From the sequence record KF147891.1: 64,000 nucleotides of DNA; one strand, 5' to 3'. Of this stretch, positions 44,775 to 53,629 are shown one piece after another (the first letter of the stretch is position 1; the number at the start of each line of letters is the position of its first letter). The position numbers were made by a program, and so were the translations under genes. Below the pieces are notes generated by a model. That model searched no databases. It saw only the letters and a list, made by a program, of their open reading frames with translations, and was not told the DNA's origin. This DNA comes from Pseudomonas phage PaBG.

Positions 44775-44910
44775 ACTCCTTAAACGTAACCTATGAGCGT
44801 AACCAATATAGTTGACACAATCTAGGTGTCACGCATCCAGTATATCACACCAGACACACGCAGACAAGCGCCTTAATGGTTACGCCCATAGTTGACGTAT
44901 CAGGACTGCT
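44775..44910 (-). repeat. early promoter cassette, copy C (TTGTCT-N17-TGaTATACT)
   Basis: -35 at 44867..44862 and -10 at 44844..44839, read on the reverse complement. It shares blocks with copies A and B: GTAACC...GTAACCAATATA, AGTATATCACACCAG, GGTTACGCCCATAG. Confidence 0.5.
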
Positions 44911-45778
44911 GGGCCACACCGTAAACGATGTCGTCGATCACGTCGCTGAGGTACTGGCCAGGTTGCAGTACCACATGCACGCAGCCCTGTTGCTTGGCAC
45001 ACGACTCCAGGAACTTGTCCCAGTTGGTGTACATCAAATCGAGGAAGGCTTTCGGGCTACCGCGGTTCAGATAGCGCAGCATGTAGTCATCCTTCTGATC
45101 TGCGGTCGGGTAGACCAGGATGAAGTCGAAGCCTTGTTCTTCCAGCTCGTCGCGCACCTCGAAATGGCTGGACACCAGAGTCACATCGTTCTTGGGTGCA
45201 ATCTCCCGAATGTGGGCAATGTAGTTGTTCGGGAAGTCATCCTTCGGGAACTGCGACGAATCACTGTCGGAACAGACCAGGCCCTTCAGGTGACACAGTG
45301 CAGACTTGCCAATGCCAGGAAAGCCGCTGATGATCACCGGGCCTTTTCCAGCAGCAGTAGCAGCCAGCCGGCGGATGCGACGCTTGCCAGAAGTGAGCTG
45401 ATTGCTGCGGCCGCCAGCACTTGCAGCAGCCTCTTCGGAGTCTTCGGAGTCTTCGTCCTCTTCTTCGCCTTCATCGGATTCGTCTCCGGAATCGGCGTCT
45501 TCGTCAGAGTCATCCTCTTCTTCCTCTTCCTCGCTGTCATCGCCGCCGCCGAGGTCTTCATCTTCCTCTTCGGCATCACCGTCGGCTTTGGGCTTCTCTT
45601 TTTCCTTGACCTTTTTCTTGGCCAGTTCGAGTTCCTCAGCCTTGCGGTTCTTTTCGATCTGCTCCAGTTCTTCGTCACTGGGTAGCAGTTGTTGGGCGCC
45701 ACGACCAGCAGTTTGATCGACAGTGCCGTACATGTTGGAATTGGCCTCGGCGGAACTGAGCGGTACGTTGATCTTCAT
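44900..45778 (-). CDS. P-loop kinase (NMP / polynucleotide-kinase-like) with K/acidic-rich N-terminus
   Basis: A TAGGAGTTCC Shine-Dalgarno. Walker A PVIISGFPGIGKSALCHL. The N-terminal region reads KKKVKEKEKPKADGDAEEEDEDLGGGDDSEEEEEEDDSDED. Confidence 0.5.
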   Translation of the reverse strand: MKINVPLSSAEANSNMYGTVDQTAGRGAQQLLPSDEELEQIEKNRKAEELELAKKKVKEKEKPKADGDAEEEDEDLGGGDDSEEEEEEDDSDEDADSGDESDEGEEEDEDSEDSEEAAASAGGRSNQLTSGKRRIRRLAATAAGKGPVIISGFPGIGKSALCHLKGLVCSDSDSSQFPKDDFPNNYIAHIREIAPKNDVTLVSSHFEVRDELEEQGFDFILVYPTADQKDDYMLRYLNRGSPKAFLDLMYTNWDKFLESCAKQQGCVHVVLQPGQYLSDVIDDIVYGVAQQS

Positions 45779-45786
45779 TGGAACTC

Positions 45787-46836
45787 CTACGCGCGTGCGA
45801 TGATTTCGGGTTTGACCTCATCAGGCATCCGCGCTATCAACTTGTCGCGGGCCTCGTCGGTGTATTTGATTTCCTTGAGCAGCTTCTTGAGTTCGATGTC
45901 CAGGCCAGGCTTGAAGCAGATGCCGAGCAGCGGGCATTCGTCGTAGAAGTTGATTTCGTCCTCGTACTGAGCCAAGCAACTGCACGGCTTGGCTTTGATC
46001 GCGGCTTTTGGATCACGGGAGAAGAACGACTGCACGCCAGCGCGGAATTTCTTCTTCTCGTCCTTGATGACCTGGGCGATGCGGCGATCCCAAGTTGGCG
46101 ACCAGTGCTCGGCGTACTCGAAGAACTCGAATGGGTTGTCGCGGCTCAGGTACAACAGGCTGAACCCTTTGACGTCCATCTTGTACTTCTTCTTGAGGAC
46201 ATAGCAGTACGTCGGAATCTGCTTAAGGTGAGCCTTGTGCGGCAGATGCCCTTTCTTGTTTATCTGGAACTTGGTTGTGGTCTTGTAGTCAGCCACCCAC
46301 CAGCCGCCGCCATCGAGTTTGACGATGGCATCGATGTGGCCCTTAAGGCCTTTGTACTTGATGCACTTCTCGACGTATTCCATCGGGTGAGAGCACTTCG
46401 GGCATTTGTTGTTCACCGTGTTCTTACGGGTCAACTTACCTTTGCGCCAGCACACGCCGTTTTCGTCGAACAGGTCCTGCGCGTCGTGCCGCTTCTGGCA
46501 GGTCGGGTTCTTGCACTTCCAGTCACCCCACACCTTGCCGCTTTGGCCGATGTAATACTGGATGTTCTCATGCGCGGCCGTCCCGACTGAGGTGAAGTAG
46601 CCGCCACTAGTGGACATACGCCCCTCGAAGTAACCCAGGTGAGCACCCTTCGCAAGACGGAGCATCGTGAGAATCGAGCAGGTCGGGAACGAACTGGGTC
46701 GATATTCCGGACCGCGCCCATAGCTAACAGTGACCGACTCATCCATTGTCTTCTGGTACAGACGGCCGAACATCGAGGCAATCGTACCCTTTGGCTGGAG
46801 GTCGAATGCCTTTTTAGGTTTTAGGTTTGCGAACAT
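45787..46836 (-). CDS. PD-(D/E)xK nuclease with zinc-ribbon and C-terminal Cys cluster (Cas4/RecB-like)
   Basis: Start at MFANLKPKK with an AAGGCAGAGG Shine-Dalgarno. GHIDAIVKLDGGGWWVADYKTTTK carries the D...D/E-x-K nuclease motif. It also has CQKRHD...CPKCSH...C and a C-terminal CSC...C...C cluster. Confidence 0.45.
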   Translation of the reverse strand: MFANLKPKKAFDLQPKGTIASMFGRLYQKTMDESVTVSYGRGPEYRPSSFPTCSILTMLRLAKGAHLGYFEGRMSTSGGYFTSVGTAAHENIQYYIGQSGKVWGDWKCKNPTCQKRHDAQDLFDENGVCWRKGKLTRKNTVNNKCPKCSHPMEYVEKCIKYKGLKGHIDAIVKLDGGGWWVADYKTTTKFQINKKGHLPHKAHLKQIPTYCYVLKKKYKMDVKGFSLLYLSRDNPFEFFEYAEHWSPTWDRRIAQVIKDEKKKFRAGVQSFFSRDPKAAIKAKPCSCLAQYEDEINFYDECPLLGICFKPGLDIELKKLLKEIKYTDEARDKLIARMPDEVKPEIIARA

Positions 46837-46892
46837 TTGCCTCTGCCTTATCTGTAAACAGAGAGAAATTAGACGAATTGCTGGCGATTCAC

Positions 46893-47954
46893 ATGGCAAA
46901 CAAATCAATCACGAAAGCGCGCAGCCCGCTTGCTACCAAAGGTGACAAGAACAAGGTCGTGGAAAAAGACCCGGGCATCATTGTCGATGACCTGACTCAC
47001 GTCCTTGAAGAGTTGCAGGAGTACGGAGGCCGCACGAAGCAGATGGGCTCTAACGTCCATGTGCTCTGTCCATTCCACGGCGAGAAGACGCCGTCATGTT
47101 CAATCAACCTGAGTCGCGAGGCTGACGTTCCGATCGGTGCGTTCTTCTGCTTCGGTTGCGGTGAGAAAGGCGCCTGGAACAAGTTTGCCAACCAGACTGG
47201 GTTGAAGAAGCTCAAGAAGTGGCAGCAGTTTGAATCAAACACCGACGGCGGAAAGCTGCGATTCTCGAAGCGGCAGATCGAGTTGATGGGCGCGAACAAC
47301 ATGTCCATCCAACGGTTGTTCGATGAGGTCGGTAACGCTGTAATCCCGTGGCCGCCTGAGCGTAAATGGCGTTCGTACTCAGGGAAGTTGATCAGCCGCA
47401 TCGGTGGGTATTGCTACAACGACGACCATCGCGATGAGCTGATGTTGGTGTTTCCTGTTTACACTAACGGCAGGTACCGTGGCGGTGTTCGGGCCTTCTT
47501 TGAGAAGCAAGACAATGGCTTGTCGTACCTGACGACCAAAGGCGACTGGGTAAAGTCGTACGGGCTGCTTGGGTACGACTACATGATGAAGAAGGACCTG
47601 TGGGGTTGCAAGAGCATCGTCCTTGTTGAAGGTCCGCGTGACTGGTTGCGCCTTGTGAAGAACAAGATTCCGTCTTGCGGTATTCTCGGTTCCAACATGT
47701 TTGACGCGAAGAAGTTGCAACTCCTCGTGGCGTTGGGAATCAAGAAAATCTTCGTCATGCCGGATAACGACAGAGCAGGCAAAAAGATGGCGAATCTGGT
47801 GAAAGGGTTCGCCAAGGAATTTGGCATAGACTGCGAGTATCTGAAACTGCCTCGTCCGATCAACGAGAAAGGCGAAGTGGTAAAACTCGACCCAGACAAC
47901 TGCGACCAGAAGATCATCGACAAGGTGAAAGAGCTGGTGTACGCGGTACGGTGA
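46893..47954 (+). CDS. DNA primase (DnaG/T4 gp61-like: CHC2 zinc finger + Toprim)
   Basis: Start at MANKSITKAR, downstream of a TCTGTAAACAG motif. The zinc finger reads CPFHGEKTPSCSIN...CFGCG, and the Toprim reads IVLVEGPRDWL...VMPDNDRAGKK. Confidence 0.8.
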   Translation: MANKSITKARSPLATKGDKNKVVEKDPGIIVDDLTHVLEELQEYGGRTKQMGSNVHVLCPFHGEKTPSCSINLSREADVPIGAFFCFGCGEKGAWNKFANQTGLKKLKKWQQFESNTDGGKLRFSKRQIELMGANNMSIQRLFDEVGNAVIPWPPERKWRSYSGKLISRIGGYCYNDDHRDELMLVFPVYTNGRYRGGVRAFFEKQDNGLSYLTTKGDWVKSYGLLGYDYMMKKDLWGCKSIVLVEGPRDWLRLVKNKIPSCGILGSNMFDAKKLQLLVALGIKKIFVMPDNDRAGKKMANLVKGFAKEFGIDCEYLKLPRPINEKGEVVKLDPDNCDQKIIDKVKELVYAVR

Positions 47955-48229
47955 CGAAAGTGATTGAGCTAGTAGGCGTAGAGCAGTTGCACATTGGAAA
48001 GTTGACACCTGCGGAGATTAAGCGTGACTACCACCGTTACCTGATCGAGGACGTGTCGTCGCTGTTCTACGAATACCGCAATCGCCAAGTCGCACGCGAC
48101 GAAGTGCAAGAGATTAGACGACGAGTGGAGTTTCTTGAGGAAGCGTACCACAGCATCAACGGCAGGACATTCGGAATCATGTTCAACACGCATGACGGAT
48201 ACTTGGATATGTTGCTGTACCCACTGTAA
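47951..48229 (+). CDS. hypothetical protein
   Basis: GTG start overlapping the primase stop (GTGA); 92 aa. It is followed by the terminator at 48235. Confidence 0.4.
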   Translation: MTKVIELVGVEQLHIGKLTPAEIKRDYHRYLIEDVSSLFYEYRNRQVARDEVQEIRRRVEFLEEAYHSINGRTFGIMFNTHDGYLDMLLYPL

Positions 48230-48234
48230 TACTG

Positions 48235-48257
48235 GGGAGTCTTCGGACTCCCTTTTT
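48235..48257 (+). terminator. rho-independent terminator GGGAGTCttcgGACTCCC-TTTTT
   Basis: Perfect 7-bp stem with a TTCG loop and a T5 run. An identical copy sits at 63718..63740. Confidence 0.6.
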
Positions 48258-48296
48258 ATGGCCTGCGGAAAGTCCACAAACTATTCGGTGGAGACC

Positions 48297-48328
48297 TAAA
48301 AAAGGGAGAGCACATGCTCTCCCTTTTT
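48297..48328. terminator. bidirectional terminator AAAAAGGGAGAGcacatgCTCTCCCTTTTT
   Basis: Palindromic hairpin flanked by A and T runs, between convergent genes. Confidence 0.6.
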
Positions 48329-48346
48329 GTTTGGCGCTGGATGGGA

Positions 48347-49018
48347 TTACTGGCCTTCGGGGCGAGTTTCTTCTTCCAGCTTCATTTCTTCCAGCTGCTC
48401 GGCAGCGTAGGTCTTGATTTCGGCATTGCCGGCGTGCTTGCTGATGTACTCCAGATCAGCCAGAGTCAGCGTGTGCAGCTTGCCGTCGATTTCGCTGATC
48501 AGGTCAGCGGCATCTTCATCGCCTTTCGAACGGCCGACGATGTTCTCGACGAACGGGTTCTCGCTGCCGGCGCCCAGCTTCTCGCTCAGGCTGCGAGCGT
48601 GCGAGTCGTCGATGTTGGCTTCGGCGCCCAGGATCGGATCGTTGCCTTCTTCGATGACCTCGTAGATACGCTTGGTCTCGGAGATACCGCGCGGATCGGT
48701 CTCGATGAACTTCTGGGCTTGATCCGGATCGACCAGCTTGAACAGACCCTTGGCCACCAGGCGGCGGAAGGTCGGGTCGCGCAGGACGGAGGTCTTCTCG
48801 GCGAAGTTGGCGAGGTCGACCGGTGCGCTGGTGACGGGCACAGTGATGACCTGGCGCTGACCGGCGCTGTCGGTGATGTTGAAGTTGACGTTGGCGCTCG
48901 GATTGCTGCGATTCAGCACGAACAGTCGGCTGTCTTCGGATACTTCGGCGTCACGGATGGAAATGAGAGTGAACTTAACCTTGGCCACGATGAGAGGTCC
49001 TCGTTTTGGTGAAAGCAT
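48347..49018 (-). CDS. hypothetical acidic protein
   Basis: Start at the ATG for MLSPKRGPL (alternatively a GTG at 48988 with a GAGGACC Shine-Dalgarno). It overlaps the upstream gene by 14-44 nt. Confidence 0.45.
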   Translation of the reverse strand: MLSPKRGPLIVAKVKFTLISIRDAEVSEDSRLFVLNRSNPSANVNFNITDSAGQRQVITVPVTSAPVDLANFAEKTSVLRDPTFRRLVAKGLFKLVDPDQAQKFIETDPRGISETKRIYEVIEEGNDPILGAEANIDDSHARSLSEKLGAGSENPFVENIVGRSKGDEDAADLISEIDGKLHTLTLADLEYISKHAGNAEIKTYAAEQLEEMKLEEETRPEGQ

Positions 49019-49532
49019 CGACCACTGTCTCCAACTCCTTTGGCGTCCACCTGAACAGCAGATGAATGGCGAAGCGATTGAAGTCTGGGACGATTCGGTT
49101 TGCGTACTCAGGGTTGAGCACAAATGGGAGCATCCAGACTTGAATGTCCAAATGCTTTATACGGAACAGCTTACTGCGGAAGGACTTCTTCAACAACTGC
49201 TTGGCTTCGCTCGGAAGCTGCCGCATCATGTGAGAGTTTAGTCCATGCTCAGGCCGCTCGTTATTCTGAACGTGCCGAACAACTTGGTTGAGCGCAAGCA
49301 CTGCCTGCACTCGACTTACTGCTCGCTTCCGTATGGAAGCGACTTCCCGTTGGCTGTGGTTCGGGAACTTAAAGATCACCAGCTCGGCGTCGCTCATGCT
49401 CTTGTCATTTGCGGCAAAGCTGGTGTCCATACTCAGGCAACGACTCGGTGTCTTCTCGTTGTACATCTTGCACGTGGCGATTCGACACTGGGTCTTGAAG
49501 CGGTATGCGTCGTGAAGTGGGCATTGTTTCAT
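48975..49532 (-). CDS. hypothetical Cys-rich protein
   Basis: 185 aa. N-terminal CPLH...C...C cluster. An AAACTGTAAAGG motif lies about 39 nt upstream of the ATG. Confidence 0.5.
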   Translation of the reverse strand: MKQCPLHDAYRFKTQCRIATCKMYNEKTPSRCLSMDTSFAANDKSMSDAELVIFKFPNHSQREVASIRKRAVSRVQAVLALNQVVRHVQNNERPEHGLNSHMMRQLPSEAKQLLKKSFRSKLFRIKHLDIQVWMLPFVLNPEYANRIVPDFNRFAIHLLFRWTPKELETVVDAFTKTRTSHRGQG

Positions 49533-49594
49533 GGCAAATCTCCATAGACACCTTGGTGTCCCTGGGATGCCTTTACAGTTTGCCTACAAACTCC

Positions 49595-50233
49595 TTAGGA
49601 CTTCCGCCGGCGCTTCTTGGTCTTTTTCTGCTTGGGTAAATGCGCAGGCAGAAAGTTGATCGGAGGTGCAGAGGACAATGCCTTGAGTAGTTTCGCCTCT
49701 TTCTCGCGTGTATCGATGAAGGAGAAAGGACGCACACCCAGCAGCTTGCAGCCGACGTAGATGCCGAGCAACATCGAATCCAGTTGGTGGATGGCGATCT
49801 TGGTCAGCTTCTCTTTACGCAGGTCAGCAAGGTCAAGGTACATTTCCTTCAGGTCGGCGTATCGATTGAACTCGTTCTTCCACACACCTGCCGTGATGAA
49901 GTCGGCGTTCTTGATGTGGTTAGACTGCTGAGCCATGCAGCCCAACATGCAGTTCACGGACTCAATCGTTGGACCTTTACCGCCACGAGCTTGGAAGCGC
50001 TCTGCTACAAACGCATCCAGATTCTCAACCTCGAACAACGGTTGGACGTAATCGCGGAACGTATTCAACGAACTCCGCATGGTCTTCATATCTTTCAGCA
50101 GACGCTGCGGATCAAGCATCGTCGTGCCTTCGCACTTGAACTGGAATCGGTTGTTTGCCCATCGCAAGCGCATGATCGACACTGCGAAATTGGATGTTCC
50201 TGGGTCCATTGCGAGAATGCGCAGATCAGTCAT
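49595..50233 (-). CDS. RuvC-like Holliday-junction resolvase with basic C-terminal tail
   Basis: Start at MTDLRILAMDPGTSNFAVSIM with a GAAGGAGTG Shine-Dalgarno; this N-terminus is the RuvC-family motif (IlGIDPG...G). The C-terminus reads KQKKTKKRRRKS. Confidence 0.55.
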   Translation of the reverse strand: MTDLRILAMDPGTSNFAVSIMRLRWANNRFQFKCEGTTMLDPQRLLKDMKTMRSSLNTFRDYVQPLFEVENLDAFVAERFQARGGKGPTIESVNCMLGCMAQQSNHIKNADFITAGVWKNEFNRYADLKEMYLDLADLRKEKLTKIAIHQLDSMLLGIYVGCKLLGVRPFSFIDTREKEAKLLKALSSAPPINFLPAHLPKQKKTKKRRRKS

Positions 50234-50324
50234 TGCATCACTCCTTCGAATATGAGGGCAAATAACTATCTCATGGTTCGCAGCTCGGTCGTGTAATTTA
50301 CTCACAGATTCGGAGGAACAACCA

Positions 50325-51446
50325 ATGGCAATCAAACGAGGCACGAACACGATCCGCCGCGAACACGCTCGGAACTACACGCACGTTCAGGCGCAAAAGA
50401 GGCTGGATGAGGCAGTGGCTCCGTTCAATCGGCAGGTCGAAAACTCGCTGGCTGTGGATGCAGTAGAAATCGACTACTACCACATTCAACAGAAGACAGG
50501 CATCCCGTGCACCTGCGAGAAGGTGGCACTTGAGCCGCTGATCGACGACCTGGAAGAAACCAACATCCCGCCGATCATCCCAACGGCAGACGATGACAAC
50601 ACAGGCATCAAGGTCAAGTTTCAGGACGACGAAATCTTCGGTGACAGCATCGCCGAGAAAATCTTCAACGACGGGCCTGATACCATTATCGATGTCACAG
50701 GAGACAGCGGCCGTTCGACGTTCCAAGAACTCAAGGCCATGGGTGAGGACAACTTCGCCGATGGGCTACTCGGCGGAGGAAGTGTCGATTGTGGCGTGTG
50801 TTACCGTACAGGCTTCCAACCGCCGTACAAAGCATACGGCAAGCAGCGTTTCATCTTCACCAATTATCAGATCGAAGGTGCTAGTGGGTACCGAGTAAAC
50901 ACCACAAAGCAACCTCACACAATCGAGCGGCATTCGCCGAGCACGCCAGGCTACGTCATGTTCAAGACGCTGGTGCCGAAGTATTTCGTGTCGTTGACCT
51001 ACAGCATCCGAGATAACCTCGTGTATCTGGTCAGCGACAAACTGTTCCGTACCGACGGCGAGCCGTTGCGTGCAGAAGACGTGCGGTCGTTTGCCGGACG
51101 TGAAATGGAGTTCTTGGTCAAGGCTGAGTGCTTCACGCACATTGTCCTTGAGTTTGAACTCGACGTACCAAAGCTGCTGGCGAATATCAGCGGGGAAGTT
51201 GCGGCCCTTGACTACGAGCGGCTGGTGACCATCGGAGACATCAACGTCATCCTACCGCCGTCACTCGCCGAAGTCGAGAACGGGGACATTCTCATAATCA
51301 AGAAACGCAACCTGGCATTGAAGGTGCGCGATAAGGACCGCAAGATCACGGCAGACAAACGTCGGCTGGAGTGGAGCGTTTCTACTCGCGTGCTGCAACC
51401 AACAGAGGCACTGCGCAACATTGCCGCAGGCTTCAAGCTCTACTGA
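50325..51446 (+). CDS. hypothetical protein
   Basis: A GGAGGAACAACCA Shine-Dalgarno; 373 aa. Divergent from the RuvC-like gene. Confidence 0.6.
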   Translation: MAIKRGTNTIRREHARNYTHVQAQKRLDEAVAPFNRQVENSLAVDAVEIDYYHIQQKTGIPCTCEKVALEPLIDDLEETNIPPIIPTADDDNTGIKVKFQDDEIFGDSIAEKIFNDGPDTIIDVTGDSGRSTFQELKAMGEDNFADGLLGGGSVDCGVCYRTGFQPPYKAYGKQRFIFTNYQIEGASGYRVNTTKQPHTIERHSPSTPGYVMFKTLVPKYFVSLTYSIRDNLVYLVSDKLFRTDGEPLRAEDVRSFAGREMEFLVKAECFTHIVLEFELDVPKLLANISGEVAALDYERLVTIGDINVILPPSLAEVENGDILIIKKRNLALKVRDKDRKITADKRRLEWSVSTRVLQPTEALRNIAAGFKLY

Positions 51447-51454
51447 GGTGATGT

Positions 51455-51706
51455 ATGGGAATCACAGTGATTGTAGTGCGGCAAGACGGACGTAGCGTCG
51501 CATCGTCTCTTGCGACCAACAACACGGTGGTTGTTGAAAATCTTGGAGGCCTGCGCCACGTTGTTCGAGGACGTAGCGTCTCCAAGGTCATACTGGTAGA
51601 CCTGAAACGCAGCGAGCTGAATGGCGAACTGGCAGATACGATTCAGGCCGGCACCAAAACACACGAACTCGAAACTGGGGCTCCTGTCCCGTACCTGGAG
51701 GTTTGA
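51455..51706 (+). CDS. small hypothetical protein
   Basis: A GAGGTGA Shine-Dalgarno 4 nt upstream; 83 aa. Confidence 0.5.
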   Translation: MGITVIVVRQDGRSVASSLATNNTVVVENLGGLRHVVRGRSVSKVILVDLKRSELNGELADTIQAGTKTHELETGAPVPYLEV

Positions 51707-51708
51707 CA

Positions 51709-52152
51709 ATGGACCAACGTGACATCAAAATCATGGGCAACATGGTTGCTCTCGCCCGTCGAGGCAAAGGCAAAGGTGCCGGGTCGAAGCGTAGCCTGAT
51801 GCTGCGCACCATTCTGCCGCACCTGTCGAAAGAAACTGGCGACCTGTTGGCGAACGCGATTCAGCAGGGCAACACAGCCAAGTTCAACAACATCTGGAAC
51901 AAGGTACGCGACGAAATCTCCACGAAGATTGCTCACCGTCACGCTGCGCACGCAGGCAACGAGGAGTACGAAGGCCTGGGTATCGCTTTGGCGGGCGAGT
52001 CTGGCTTCTTCAAAGTCTTCGGCGAAGAGTTCGGTCGCATGATGGACGAAATCAACGCCAAGCGTAACGAGGAAATCGCACAGGGCCGTATTCATCCGAA
52101 GGGCAGCCCGCTCTATCGAGCAGAGGATGACCCGATCGCTCACCTGCCGTAA
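51709..52152 (+). CDS. hypothetical protein
   Basis: ATG at 51709 with a GGAGG Shine-Dalgarno (the track start is TTG); 147 aa. It is followed by a terminator. Confidence 0.55.
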   Translation: MDQRDIKIMGNMVALARRGKGKGAGSKRSLMLRTILPHLSKETGDLLANAIQQGNTAKFNNIWNKVRDEISTKIAHRHAAHAGNEEYEGLGIALAGESGFFKVFGEEFGRMMDEINAKRNEEIAQGRIHPKGSPLYRAEDDPIAHLP

Positions 52153-52160
52153 TTCCTGCG

Positions 52161-52197
52161 AAAACCCGAGTAGTGCTCTGTGCCTGCTCGGGTTTTT
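52161..52197 (+). terminator. rho-independent terminator
   Basis: AAAACCCGAGtagtgctctgtgcctgCTCGGGTTTTT. Confidence 0.6.
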
Positions 52198-52199
52198 CA

Positions 52200-53629
52200 T
52201 TTTGGGCGTCATTGGCGATTTCTGGTACAAGACGCCATTAAGATAGCGCAGACCCAGTGATCTGCGGAAACGTCCTAGAGGATGCGATTCAAGGAAACGC
52301 GCCGCGATGACCCCGTACGCCTGACAAGGCATAACGTAGGTTCGTTTCTTCGCAAAGTGCCCTGCTTTTCCTGTGTCAGTCACACTCGTTCAAACGCCCG
52401 TTTGAAAATATTTTTCGTCGATTGATCACTTTTTGTACAGCATTTTTGTGACCACGGATTTGGTAAAATGGCAGGTCCTACGCAGCGGGGCGCCATCAGG
52501 TTACAACCTTCCGTACGTTTTTCGCAAAGGTGCAAGGTTTGACTACTGATTGCAGTAGCGGACGATTCCGCAAAACACGCATTCTATGCGAAGGACCTAG
52601 TGAAACTTGCGAAGGACCTGCCGTTCTGCGGAAACGCAAAAATCGGAGCACTCGTTTTGACTACTGATTGCAGTAACAGATTCGTGTGGGTAGCATGTGA
52701 CCGAAAAAGGACCCACCTAAAGTCGAGACCTTTTGCACATAGGATTACCACGGGGCGGTCCTACGGCATGGCATTTCCCGTGACCATCGACCTCGCTGGA
52801 GAGCGCGTAGAATCTAGCTTCCAGAGCGGTTGGTGAAAAAATGTCCAACCTGTCCAAAAAATAACCAAAAAGCAGGGAAATCGAAAAAATGGATAGTGTC
52901 AAGTACCACGAAGTTACTTCGCATCTTCTCCTTCCAGTCTCTTCCAGTCAAGCTGACAAGCTCGTCTCGTCCCTCGCCTCCCTCTCGTACAACTTCGTCG
53001 CTCACCAGTGTGGTTAACTCGCATCACAGGATTACTCCAAGCGGAGCGTTAGCGTAGCGCAGGAGAGAATTGAAGAAGGCTTTCGCCGCAGGCGAAACGC
53101 GCAGAGCGCCAGCGATGCGCCTTACGCCTCTGCAATTCCCTGTGCGCAATGGCGACGATTAAAGAGCGCGGATGCTTACTTTGCCTCATTTAGCAGTGAT
53201 GCAACGTAAGCGTCTTCGCTCAAGTATCTGGGTACAAGTCTGCTTCCTTACCTCACGGAGTGAGCAGGTCGCCTGCGAAACGACGTTTTCCGAAATTTTC
53301 TGGATGAACAGGACACACTGGATGGGAGCCTTGGGAGTCTGGGTCGTCGCACATAGACACTTAGGAGTTCGCTGGCGCTCACTCCTTGTGAGCTTCGCTC
53401 ACGGAATTTCTTTAGCCTACGGCAGGAGTCGCTGCGCTCCTCTGGTTCGCTGGCGCTCACGGGTGACGCTCATAGACTACCGGACGTTCAAACGGCGAAG
53501 CGAGCTGGCGCTCAAACGCCAAGAGCATATTCCGCCCCGCCCGCCGCCGGATTCCCGCCGGAAACTGTGAAAATAGTTTGCACGCCACAATAAACGCCGG
53601 GCGAAAGCCTCGCAATAAGGACATCGAAC
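52200..53629. promoter_or_regulatory. 1.4-kb non-coding, lower-GC region with several direct-repeat families, palindromes and an AT-rich core (origin-like / regulatory hub)
   Basis: No convincing ORF on either strand. TTGACTACTGATTGCAGTA occurs twice (about 52540 and 52651) and contains the palindrome TACTGattgCAGTA. TGCGAAGGACCT occurs twice in tandem (52593, 52609). CTGCGGAAACG occurs twice, and TTCGCAAAG occurs twice. GTTCGCTGGCGCTCA occurs three times (53380, 53449, 53507). An AT-rich stretch lies at 52390-52470. Confidence 0.5.

Noticed and set aside
53172-53570. 132-aa ORF inside the repeat-rich non-coding region (also 52600..52836, 52830..53057)
   Set aside because: W/R/S-rich low-complexity translations with no Shine-Dalgarno. 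They are built from the direct repeats themselves. The region is better explained as regulatory or origin DNA.
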